Assembly (NCBI GenBank): GCA_044358425.1
Contig: CP054849.1
Span: forward strand, 1,227,629 to 1,245,235
Direction: 5' to 3'
DNA length: 17,607 bases
Origin: Marine Group I thaumarchaeote
GTDB lineage: Archaea; Thermoproteota; Nitrososphaeria; Nitrososphaerales; Nitrosopumilaceae
In this document: positions 7,199 through 15,515 of the stretch, piece after piece
How the letters are laid out: every line of letters begins with the position of its first letter
Numbering within the stretch: position 1 is the first letter of the stretch
Notes under the pieces: generated by a model
What the model was told of the DNA's origin: nothing
What the model saw: only the letters and a program-made list of their open reading frames with translations
Databases searched by the model: none
Program-made: the position numbers and the translations under genes

Positions 7199-7988
7199 TG
7201 TAAGTATCTGCTCTTCTATTTTTTAGCAGTGGTAAAGATTTACGAATTTGTTTTACTTTCTTTAAGTCAATGTTAACATAACCAATTCCCTGTTTCTTTT
7301 TCATATCAAGTAAAATTTTACCATATGGATCAACAACTAAACTTCTACCGCAGTAAATATTTCCAACTTGATCAGGCGATACAACATAACATCCATTTTC
7401 AATTGCACGAGTTTTGTTAATTGTAATCCAATGTTCTTCTTTCATTGGACCTTTAACCCATGCAGAAGGTGCAATTAAAACTTCAGAGCCTGCAAGTGTA
7501 AGAATTCTTGACATTTCTGGAAATCTTAAATCATAACAAATCATCATTCCAGTTTTTCCAAGCGATGTAGATACAGGTTTAGATATTTTTGAGCCTGCTA
7601 TCATTTTTTTAGATTCCTTAAATCCTAATGCATCATAAAGGTGAATTTTACGATATACAGAAATTACTTTACCTAAATTATTAATTATAAACGAAGTATC
7701 ATAAACACGATTGTTTTTTTTAGATTTTTCATAAAATGAACCAACTACTTGAATATGATTTTCTTTTGCTGCTTTTGAAATACTAGATACAAAATTACCT
7801 TTAATTGTTTCAGATAAATTTACAAGTTCCTTAGCAGTTTGAGATGATTTTGTATAAAACATCATAAATTCAGGAAATGCACAAAGTTTTACATTTTTAG
7901 CTGCTGCATTTTTAATGTATGAAATTATTTTTTTTAGATTTTTTTCTTTGTTTGTTGATGCTTTGAATTGTACTACTGCAATTTTCAT
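7182..7988 (-). CDS. Carbon-nitrogen hydrolase (nitrilase superfamily, Nit1/Nit2-like amidase)
   Basis: E-K-C triad motifs FPEF, YRKIHLYD and ICYDLRFPE; also RAIENG and GRSLVVDPYG. Confidence 0.92.
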   Translation of the reverse strand: MKIAVVQFKASTNKEKNLKKIISYIKNAAAKNVKLCAFPEFMMFYTKSSQTAKELVNLSETIKGNFVSSISKAAKENHIQVVGSFYEKSKKNNRVYDTSFIINNLGKVISVYRKIHLYDALGFKESKKMIAGSKISKPVSTSLGKTGMMICYDLRFPEMSRILTLAGSEVLIAPSAWVKGPMKEEHWITINKTRAIENGCYVVSPDQVGNIYCGRSLVVDPYGKILLDMKKKQGIGYVNIDLKKVKQIRKSLPLLKNRRADTYTTLKI

Positions 7989-8048
7989 AAAATTGAATAT
8001 GTTGATAAGAATAAAAAGATAAAGAAGTACATGTTTAGGATGAGCTAG

Positions 8049-8060
8049 AAAAAAAGAAAA
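8049..8060 (-). terminator. Putative oligo(T) terminator after the tautomerase gene
   Basis: Minus strand TTTTCTTTTTTT begins immediately after the TAA stop at 8061. T-runs are common in this AT-rich DNA. Confidence 0.4.
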
Positions 8061-8237
8061 TTAAAGTTGGTTTCCAGCTAAAAACCAATTTTCTTTAGGA
8101 TTATCCTCAAAAACAACAATAACATGACTTTCTTTTGTTTTTAGAATTTCTACAGCAGATTTTGTGATTGCTTTTGCATATTCATCCTTTTGTTCCTGGG
8201 TTCTTCCAGGATACATTGACACTGTTATCAACGGCAT
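8061..8237 (-). CDS. 4-oxalocrotonate tautomerase family protein (58 aa)
   Basis: Not in the ORF track. Hand translation: MPLITVSMYPGRTQEQKDEYAKAITKSAVEILKTKESHVIVVFEDNPKENWFLAGNQL*. Catalytic Pro1 after Met removal, GR(T/S)xEQK motif and W...G tail. Confidence 0.92.
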   Translation of the reverse strand: MPLITVSMYPGRTQEQKDEYAKAITKSAVEILKTKESHVIVVFEDNPKENWFLAGNQL

Positions 8238-8277
8238 GAAAATTTTTAATTCATTGAAGAATTTATTCTTTCAATAT

Positions 8278-9051
8278 TTATCTAAAATCAGATCCATAAC
8301 CATATCTTGTTCCATATGTGAAGTCTGAACTATGTGTTTTTTTATACAAATACCCTGTAGCAAGTCCAATTACAAAACCACCAATGTGAGCAAGATAAGC
8401 CACTCCTCCACCAGCTACACCAAATCCTCCAATAAAGAATGGAAGTAAATTTTGGAAAATCAACCAAAATGGCAAAAACCAGCGTGCCTGGATATGCATC
8501 ATTCTCCAAAAGAATCCAAGCATCAAAAATGTCTGAATTCTAGTTTTAGGGAAAATTATCAAGTATGCTCCTAAAATTCCAGAAATTGCACCAGATGCAC
8601 CAACAGCTGGTGTTGCACTAGAAACATCACCGAAAATATGAACTAGTCCAGCAACAACTCCCCACATCAAATAGATTCCAAGAAATTTTATTTTTCCAAA
8701 TTTTAATTCAATGTTATCACCAAAGATCCACAAGAATAGTAAATTACCACCAAGGTGAAGTAAACCACCATGCATGAATGTAGATGTCAACAATGTTAAT
8801 TCAGGAAAAGCTGGACAGCTTTGAATTGTTCCACCCATATCTACTCCACTAAATGCACCTGTTATACAACCTGGAACTGCACCCCAATTGTAAAACATTA
8901 CAAATGCATTTTGATTTGTAAAATCAAAAAATTGTCCAGTGTAAAGGACTTCTAAGAAAAATACAATTACATTTACAATTATTAATCCAATAGTTACTTT
9001 AGGTTTGAATCCTGGAGGATGTGGATTTTCATCTCGTATTGGTAGCAGCAT
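8278..9051 (-). CDS. Rhomboid-family intramembrane serine protease
   Basis: FMHGGLLHLGGNLLFLWIFGDNIE, VGASGAISG (catalytic Ser), AYLAHIGGF (catalytic His); multiple hydrophobic helices. Confidence 0.95.
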   Translation of the reverse strand: MLLPIRDENPHPPGFKPKVTIGLIIVNVIVFFLEVLYTGQFFDFTNQNAFVMFYNWGAVPGCITGAFSGVDMGGTIQSCPAFPELTLLTSTFMHGGLLHLGGNLLFLWIFGDNIELKFGKIKFLGIYLMWGVVAGLVHIFGDVSSATPAVGASGAISGILGAYLIIFPKTRIQTFLMLGFFWRMMHIQARWFLPFWLIFQNLLPFFIGGFGVAGGGVAYLAHIGGFVIGLATGYLYKKTHSSDFTYGTRYGYGSDFR

Positions 9052-9106
9052 AGATAATCTATTTGATTAAAAATTGTATAATAACATTATTCAAATAATA
9101 AAATCA

Positions 9107-10411
9107 TCATACAACAATAATTTGTCTTTCAATGAGATTTTTGATTATAATTAAGAATTCATCATCAGAAATTTGTTCTTCATTCCACCAACCAGCAATA
9201 GTTTTAGTCCATTTTGGAATTTTCCAATCACTTTGTGAAGATTTTTCTAATGTTGAAATTTCAATTATTTGGGTATCAACTAGAAATTTTATTCCTTCAA
9301 GAAATTCTGAATCTACAATTTGACCAGTAGACCACCAATCTCCACTTTGTTTTATCCACATTGGGACTAAAGGCATATCAGGAGGCAATCCCTTATCAAA
9401 CCCTGAAATTTTCAAAATTCCTTGGGATTGTGGTTCCACATCAAATGCTACGTGCCAATATCCCATTTGATCCATACTTTGGATAAAATCAATTGGTTTA
9501 TCGTTGACAGTAACGGAGAATTTTTCATTTCCAGAAATTGGGGGAAATTCAAAATTAGCATATGTTGAAAAGGGATAGCTGGTTGTTCCGCTAATAGTTA
9601 GAACATTTCCTTTCTCATCAAATTTTGCACCATAATAGAATGTACCAGGTGAATCATATCTAAAATCAAATGTTCCGTCATTCTTTTGTGTAGAAATTGG
9701 AACTACAGTATTATCAACTGGTGCAAAACAAGAGTAGAAACGTACTGGTTCAGATACAGATGGATCAGGGTAAATGGCAAAGTCTAGAATCTGTCCAGGT
9801 TCAATTTTTTCAATTCGTTCAATGTTGTGAGCAACATCTAACATGTATGTTTCATGGCCATGTACAATTGCATACACTTTGGGATTGTATACTGTATAAT
9901 TTCCAATATTCTGCATTTTTCCAGTAACATGTCCATCATCATGAGTGATCAAAGTTTTATCATAAATGATTTGAATTGGAAGACGATCTTTTTCAGTTTT
10001 AGTATAAGTTAGTTCTGCTGTTAACAATTCTGGAGTTAGACCATGAATCTCAGGAAATTTTGTTTTAAATGGTATATCAGTCATTGCAGGAATTGGCACA
10101 TGAACAAATTGTTTTGTAATTTTTTTATCATCAGTGTCAATTACAGAAATTGTAATTGTTGGAATCAATGCAAAATCATTTTGATTTTTTACATTTCCAA
10201 CTACAGTGAAAATACCTTGATTGTCATAGTAACCAGCATATTGACTTTCAGGAATAAAGACATCAGCAAAGGCCATGTCAGGAATGATAAGAAGAATAGT
10301 GAATAAACCCAACAATAGAAGAGTTTGCGGCTGAAATACTCTAGAAAGAGTTGATAATGTCTTCAAATCCAGATGTAGATTTTTCGAGTGAACCTGGTCT
10401 ATGCTCTTCAA
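9107..10411 (-). CDS. Secreted/surface protein with Ig-like (FxLYD-like) domains and two C-terminal Trp-rich repeats; true start probably near 10315-10340
   Basis: Signal peptide LLLLGLFTILLIIPDMAFA|D; two beta-rich repeats (VVGNVKNQND, VTGKMQNIGN); C-terminal P.W.K...WW...QI.D.EFL x2. The ORF-track start overlaps the upstream gene by 71 nt and is probably too long. Confidence 0.75.
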   Translation of the reverse strand: MKSIDQVHSKNLHLDLKTLSTLSRVFQPQTLLLLGLFTILLIIPDMAFADVFIPESQYAGYYDNQGIFTVVGNVKNQNDFALIPTITISVIDTDDKKITKQFVHVPIPAMTDIPFKTKFPEIHGLTPELLTAELTYTKTEKDRLPIQIIYDKTLITHDDGHVTGKMQNIGNYTVYNPKVYAIVHGHETYMLDVAHNIERIEKIEPGQILDFAIYPDPSVSEPVRFYSCFAPVDNTVVPISTQKNDGTFDFRYDSPGTFYYGAKFDEKGNVLTISGTTSYPFSTYANFEFPPISGNEKFSVTVNDKPIDFIQSMDQMGYWHVAFDVEPQSQGILKISGFDKGLPPDMPLVPMWIKQSGDWWSTGQIVDSEFLEGIKFLVDTQIIEISTLEKSSQSDWKIPKWTKTIAGWWNEEQISDDEFLIIIKNLIERQIIVV

Positions 10412-10970
10412 CTAACTTGTCTACCAACTCGGTTACTTTAATATGATATCTTTTTTTCAAATCTACCATTTTAGTTTCAACTAATCCATCATCAACAATT
10501 TGTGAAAGATAAAGTGAAACGGTTGAAGGGGATTTTTTAACTTCGTTTACTAATTCTGAAAATTCTAATCCATCTTCTTTAATTAAAGCAAGTAACAAAG
10601 CGCGTGGAGTTTCTCTTCTGAGTGCTTTGATAACAATTGATTCTTCTTCAGTAATATTTGGAGAATAAAACCTGACTTGTCTAGGACCACGCATTACTTT
10701 AACGAGGCCACCATCTTCTAGTTTTTTTAGATAATGAGACAAAACTCCATTTTTTAATCCAGATGAACGCATAATTTCACGGAATTGAATTCCAGGATTA
10801 TCATGTGTAATTCCCCCAATATGCAAAAAGATATGGGCTAAATGATACCCATGAAACAGGTGTGGAATAATTATTGGAATTGCTAAAATTGCGATTACTC
10901 CAGTAACAACAACAGAAAACAAAGTAGATTTTCTTTCAAGTATGTTTTCAGGCTTAAACAATGTGATCAC
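10341..10970 (-). CDS. Tandem winged-helix (ArsR/MarR-like) transcriptional regulator with an N-terminal hydrophobic, His-rich segment
   Basis: DNPGIQFREIMRSSGLKNGVLSHYLKKLEDGGLV and DGLEFSELVNEVKKSPSTVSLYLSQIVDDGLV are two wHTH units. Residues 17-35 are hydrophobic, followed by PHLFHGYHLAHIFLH. Confidence 0.8.
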   Translation of the reverse strand: MITLFKPENILERKSTLFSVVVTGVIAILAIPIIIPHLFHGYHLAHIFLHIGGITHDNPGIQFREIMRSSGLKNGVLSHYLKKLEDGGLVKVMRGPRQVRFYSPNITEEESIVIKALRRETPRALLLALIKEDGLEFSELVNEVKKSPSTVSLYLSQIVDDGLVETKMVDLKKRYHIKVTELVDKLVEEHRPGSLEKSTSGFEDIINSF

Positions 10971-11020
10971 ATTATTGAATTATCTAAATTTAAACACAAC
11001 TGGTTCAAACTTCGAATGGA

Positions 11021-12586
11021 CTATGAGTGAATTGGAATTATTTGTTTTTGAGTCAAAAATTCAAGAATTTCAAAAAAAGTTTTATCATTAATTTCGCCAT
11101 TGATCCACCAACCAGCAATAATTTGTATCCAAGAAGGTATTTTTTCTACTTCAGAAATTTCAGATGAATTATCATAAATTGTGATAATTTTATTTTCAAT
11201 TAAATAATTAATGGTATCAATTAACTTACCATCATTAATTTTTCCTTCTGACCACAACCGGATGTCATTTGTAACCCAATCAGGAATTAAATTAGAATCA
11301 ATATTTTTATTTTCATGAATTGCAATAGGAATACTAGTTGTTGCAAATTCATTACCATCTAAATTTTTAAAATTGAGGTTCACAATTCCTGAAATATTTT
11401 CAGGAATAAAAAAATCTGCAACATTGTGCTCAGTCTTGGAATCAGTACTAATTCCATTTTGCTTGAAAATTAATTGATTGTTTTGTGTTATAGAAAATTC
11501 ATAATTTGTGGAAACGGGTTTGTTTTTCAAGAAAATATCAGTTATATCAAAAATAATTTTAGCATTTGAATTAGATTCAAGGTATTCTGGTTCCCAAGAA
11601 ACAAGAATTCTAAACTGTCCATTGTCTGTAACTGAACTAATATGAGTATAATCACGGTCTGGCGTAATTTCAAAATTCATTCCATTTAGATTTGCACTGT
11701 TTTCAAAAATATTTACCAATTCCTTTTGATATATTATGAAATGAACAACACGGCCTTCAGTAAAAAAATCATCAACATTAACAATATCATCTGATAACTT
11801 TATGTCATTTACAGACATTGAAAATCCAGACAAAAGTAGTGCACCAAATTCTTTTGGAATTATAATTTCTTCATGAACAACTGAAGTTTGATTAATATTT
11901 TTTAATGACCATTCAAAAGGCATTGAATAACTAATTTTTTTTAATTTTGGGTCATATTGAAAATTTGAAATCTCATCATAATATGTCACTACTTTGATAT
12001 TTTGATTTCCAAAATCTGGATCAATAAAATCATGAGTAGTTGTTTGTGCAATTGAAATTCCTGCATTAAAAACAAGAGGGGTTTCTAGTTTTTGAGAATA
12101 ACCATCAGCCGTAATGATACTAATATCTAATTTGTATAGTCCGCCTTCACTAAGTTTTGGACCTTTTACATCAATTAATCTACTTTCTAAACCTAGTAAT
12201 GAACCAAAAAAATCTTCACCACTGTCTTTTTCTTCAACAATAATTGAATCAGTATCTTCAGATACAAAATTGAAAACTAGAAAACCATTATCAGCTTTGA
12301 ATTCTTTTTCAAAAAGAAATTGTTCTCCACGTTCGGATTTTACTAAAAATGTTACATCACGTAATGTGATTTTAGAATCAAAATCAATTAAAGCGATTGA
12401 AATTTGTTGATCATTATTTTCTATATCATCTTTTGTTGAAGATGAAACTTCTACACTTACAAGTTTACCATTTAATTCAACTGGTGGAAATATTTCACTT
12501 CCGACACCATGACCATATGCGTCATAAAAATTAATGATTAAACCAGAAGAAAATATTAAAAATAAAATTAATAATAAATTTTTCAA
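11021..12586 (-). CDS. Secreted/surface protein with predicted N-terminal His after signal cleavage, VHEE motif and two C-terminal Trp-rich repeats; paralogue of 12828..14543
   Basis: Signal peptide ...YDAYG|HGVG. Motifs shared with the paralogue: GGLYK, TYYDE, MPF.WS, VHEE..PK.F, VHF.I. C-terminal IPDWV...W.EG.I.D and IPSWI...GWW..G.I.D. Confidence 0.8.
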   Translation of the reverse strand: MKNLLLILFLIFSSGLIINFYDAYGHGVGSEIFPPVELNGKLVSVEVSSSTKDDIENNDQQISIALIDFDSKITLRDVTFLVKSERGEQFLFEKEFKADNGFLVFNFVSEDTDSIIVEEKDSGEDFFGSLLGLESRLIDVKGPKLSEGGLYKLDISIITADGYSQKLETPLVFNAGISIAQTTTHDFIDPDFGNQNIKVVTYYDEISNFQYDPKLKKISYSMPFEWSLKNINQTSVVHEEIIIPKEFGALLLSGFSMSVNDIKLSDDIVNVDDFFTEGRVVHFIIYQKELVNIFENSANLNGMNFEITPDRDYTHISSVTDNGQFRILVSWEPEYLESNSNAKIIFDITDIFLKNKPVSTNYEFSITQNNQLIFKQNGISTDSKTEHNVADFFIPENISGIVNLNFKNLDGNEFATTSIPIAIHENKNIDSNLIPDWVTNDIRLWSEGKINDGKLIDTINYLIENKIITIYDNSSEISEVEKIPSWIQIIAGWWINGEINDKTFFEILEFLTQKQIIPIHS

Positions 12587-12587
12587 T

Positions 12588-12794
12588 CTATGTCCACTTG
12601 TTTGGATCTTTCTTTAGAATTTCCTTTCCATCAATTGTAATTGAATTTTTTTCTTCAAATACAGTATGCCATTTACCATTATCTGGAAAAATTTTATTCA
12701 TTTCCTCAAACTTTTTGTTGGTTGGAGGTTTGTTCATTAACGCTCCCCATCTCATATTTGGTACTTTTGGCATGATATCATTGATGTCTTTCAT
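12588..12794 (-). CDS. Small hypothetical protein (68 aa)
   Basis: ATG-initiated ORF filling the gap between the two paralogues on the same strand, ending 1 nt before the next start; protein-like composition (MRWGALMN, GKWHTVFEE). Confidence 0.75.
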   Translation of the reverse strand: MKDINDIMPKVPNMRWGALMNKPPTNKKFEEMNKIFPDNGKWHTVFEEKNSITIDGKEILKKDPNKWT

Positions 12795-12827
12795 GTTTAT
12801 CTATCTCAAATTTTATTTAAAAATCTA

Positions 12828-14543
12828 CTATTCTACCCTCAAAATTCCTTCTTTGATCAAAAATTGAATTCCTTGAACAAATGAATCGTCATCAATTGTT
12901 CCGTCAGCCCACCATCCAGCATTATTTTTTACCCAGGATGGAACATCATTTCCAGAATTAGTTCCTTGTGTGGTATCTGGGATTTTTAAAATATTTTCTT
13001 TAACTAAAAATTGAATTCCTTGAATGAAAGAATTATCATCAATTGTTCCGTCAGCCCACCATCCAGCATTATTTTTAATCCAAGATGGGATTGATGAAGT
13101 TTCTAAAATTACTGATTCTTTAGGAATAGTAGATTTTGTTGTGCCTGGACCTAGTTCAATTATGGTAGAACCAATGCCAGAATATGTTGGATCATAATCT
13201 AATCCAGTTCCATAAACTAGAATATCAAATCTAATTGGACCATCAGTTGGAATGTAAATATTTTGGATGTCAATTCCTTCTGTTGAAACTATTCCTGGAT
13301 TTACTGAGTCATCGCCATTATATCTTGCAATTTCATTATCAAATTCATCAATAATTACGTAAGTATATCTTACATCTTTGATGAGGTCTCTATTTTCATT
13401 GAAAAATGTAAACTCAAAAGGTACATCCTGATTTGCACCATAATTTCCGTCCCATGAAATATTTACTGTTGTAGGAGTTTGTTCATAATTTTGAGTATCT
13501 ACAAGATAAAATTCAGTTGAACTTCTTTCAGCTTCATCTAGTGGAACTAATTTGAAATCCATTTGAGGGTTATCAAAATTATTTGGACCTAATTTATTAT
13601 TGATATTTACTAATTCATTTTTAGAAATTAAGAAGTGTACAATGTTTGTATCATCAGAGGTATAAGGATCATTGAGTATTGCTCTTTGATCAATTTCTAT
13701 ACCATTAACATAGCCTTTGAATTGCTTACCTTCCCCATATGGTGCAAATGTTTTTGGAACTCTAATTTCTTCATGTACAACTTGCACTAAATCAACATAG
13801 TCTGGACTCCAATCAAATGGCATGTCAAATGAGATTGAATTGTCAGATGTATCAAATGCAAAGTTATCTACCTCATCATAGTAAGTTTTTATAACAACTG
13901 GTATTTCTTCAGCATTTGCTGTTTTGAAAAAGAAATCTTGTTCTTGTGCAATACTAACAAAAGTTTCATAAGTTAATCTCTCAGCTAATACACTTCGAGG
14001 ACTAGTAGCTGCTTCAATGTCTACAGTAATCTTGTAAAGTCCACCTTGAATAAATATAGGACCAGTCATCGATGGTCTTCCACATATGTCTAAATTTTCA
14101 TCATTACATTCTGCTCCTTGAACAAACAGAGCACCTGGAGCACTAGCGTGCTCAGAACCACCATAAATTGTACAAGTTTCAATTGGATCTTTGTCACATC
14201 CAAGTTGTGGTTTGATTTTTACATCTAGTCTTCCATCATTATCATAAAACAAATTTCTTGCTAAAAGCTCTCCACTTTGCCAAAGTTCAACTCTATATGT
14301 TACCTTATCAAGATTCGTGTCAGTTAATGTATCAAAGAAACGAATTTGCATATTTGTTGGATCAAGATATCCAACAGTGATATCAGATGGATCTAGTTGT
14401 GTTCTTACAGTTACTTCCATATCACCAAAAGTTATTGGTTCAGCTTGATCCCCACCAAGCCCGTGTGCAAATACATCTGGAATAATCGCAGGAATAGTAA
14501 AAATTCCAACTACAATAATCAACAATCCAATCTGCTTAAACAA
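12828..14543 (-). CDS. Secreted/surface protein with predicted N-terminal His after signal cleavage, VHEE motif and two C-terminal Trp-rich repeats
   Basis: Signal peptide ...PDVFA|HGLGG; two Cys pairs (probable disulfides); [10 protein letters not shown]; tandem PSW(I/V)[26 protein letters not shown]. Confidence 0.85.
   Translation of the reverse strand: MFKQIGLLIIVVGIFTIPAIIPDVFAHGLGGDQAEPITFGDMEVTVRTQLDPSDITVGYLDPTNMQIRFFDTLTDTNLDKVTYRVELWQSGELLARNLFYDNDGRLDVKIKPQLGCDKDPIETCTIYGGSEHASAPGALFVQGAECNDENLDICGRPSMTGPIFIQGGLYKITVDIEAATSPRSVLAERLTYETFVSIAQEQDFFFKTANAEEIPVVIKTYYDEVDNFAFDTSDNSISFDMPFDWSPDYVDLVQVVHEEIRVPKTFAPYGEGKQFKGYVNGIEIDQRAILNDPYTSDDTNIVHFLISKNELVNINNKLGPNNFDNPQMDFKLVPLDEAERSSTEFYLVDTQNYEQTPTTVNISWDGNYGANQDVPFEFTFFNENRDLIKDVRYTYVIIDEFDNEIARYNGDDSVNPGIVSTEGIDIQNIYIPTDGPIRFDILVYGTGLDYDPTYSGIGSTIIELGPGTTKSTIPKESVILETSSIPSWIKNNAGWWADGTIDDNSFIQGIQFLVKENILKIPDTTQGTNSGNDVPSWVKNNAGWWADGTIDDDSFVQGIQFLIKEGILRVE
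12859..13076. repeat. Intragenic direct repeat with 147-bp period (Trp-rich module duplication)
   Basis: An exact 41-nt match at 12889-12929 and 13036-13076, and an exact 19-nt match at 12859-12877 and 13006-13024, both offset by 147 nt (49 codons). Confidence 0.9.
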
Positions 14544-14656
14544 TACAAAAATTCGGCTAATTCCATATTTAAAGATGGTATCAAACTTCTATGCGTGGTA
14601 ATCTTTTTGGATAAAATTTGAGTATAATTTTTATTTGTTAGATTAAAACTCCTGGT
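14544..14656. promoter_or_regulatory. Divergent promoter region with two putative TATA boxes
   Basis: Minus strand CTTTAAAT (14567-14574) lies 24-31 nt upstream of TTG 14543; plus strand TTTTTATT (~14627-14634) lies 23-30 nt upstream of ATG 14657. Both fit leaderless archaeal transcripts. Confidence 0.55.
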
Positions 14657-15457
14657 ATGAAATTTTTATTAGTTTTATTATTAATTCCACTTTTCACAAT
14701 TCCTGCATTTGCTGAATCTCAAACTTTACCAACAGATCAAGGAACATTAGATGTCAAAATATCTTATGATGATGTTAAAACTGGTCAATTAACTAAGTTA
14801 CCAATAGAATTCATTAATCCAATGACACAAAAAACTCAAGTTCATATAGATTATAGAATTACAATTGCAGAATCTGGTGAAACATTATTTCAAACTCCAA
14901 ATTTAATTCATACGTCTGAAGGAATCATAAATGGATTCAAATTTGAATTTCCAAAAGATGGATTATATAATATTCAGATAGATGCTGAAGGAATTTTATT
15001 CACTCCAATTCCAAAAGAATCTGTAACGTTTGATATCTTAGTAGGTGAAGCTGCTGCTCAACCATCAGTTCCATCTAATGAACAAGGCGGCGGTTGTCTA
15101 ATTGCAACAGCAGCTTACGGCTCAGAACTTGCACCACAAGTTCAGATGTTAAGAGAAATTCGTGACAACCAATTGATGAACACAGAATCTGGCTCTGCAT
15201 TTATGTCTGGATTTAACGAATTGTACTATTCTTTTAGTCCAACAATTGCAGACATGGAACGTGAAAGCCCAGTCTTCAAAGAGATTGTAAAAGCTGGCTT
15301 GACTCCAATGCTCTCAACTTTGACAATTATGGAAAGTGTAGAAACTGAAAGTGAAGTCTTGGGACTTGGACTCTCAGTAATTGCATTGAATCTTGGAATG
15401 TACATCGGACTTCCAGCATTTGGTATCGTTAAAGTCATTCAATTAAGAAAAAATTAG
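14657..15457 (+). CDS. Secreted, membrane-anchored protein with CFI-box-CTERM domain
   Basis: Signal peptide MKFLLVLLLIPLFTIPAFA|E; beta-rich domain (Q.HIDY, HTSEG); GGGCLIATAAYGSELAPQVQMLREIRDN...YYSFSP; C-terminal hydrophobic helix with a basic tail. Confidence 0.85.
   Translation: MKFLLVLLLIPLFTIPAFAESQTLPTDQGTLDVKISYDDVKTGQLTKLPIEFINPMTQKTQVHIDYRITIAESGETLFQTPNLIHTSEGIINGFKFEFPKDGLYNIQIDAEGILFTPIPKESVTFDILVGEAAAQPSVPSNEQGGGCLIATAAYGSELAPQVQMLREIRDNQLMNTESGSAFMSGFNELYYSFSPTIADMERESPVFKEIVKAGLTPMLSTLTIMESVETESEVLGLGLSVIALNLGMYIGLPAFGIVKVIQLRKN
15086..15393 (+). repeat. CFI-box-CTERM coding module, copy 1 (copy 2 at 17300-17607)
   Basis: The two 308-nt stretches are colinear with no net indel and share long nucleotide blocks (ATTGCAACAGC, CTTACGGCTCAGA, GAACACAGAATC, TTTAGTCCAA, CTCAGTAATT). 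Confidence 0.85.
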
Positions 15458-15515
15458 AAAAAGTTTTTGATAATCCTAGAGACATTTTTATGGATCACAA
15501 ACCCCTTAGGGATTA

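Noticed and set aside
10341-10411. Genuine 71-nt overlap between the regulator and the downstream secreted protein
   Set aside because: The first ~25 residues of the long ORF precede the signal peptide and look like a reading-frame extension; a later start is more plausible.
12859-13076. CRISPR-like or DGR template/variable repeat
   Set aside because: Only two copies, in frame within one gene with a 147-nt period; no spacer array, cas genes or reverse transcriptase in the window.
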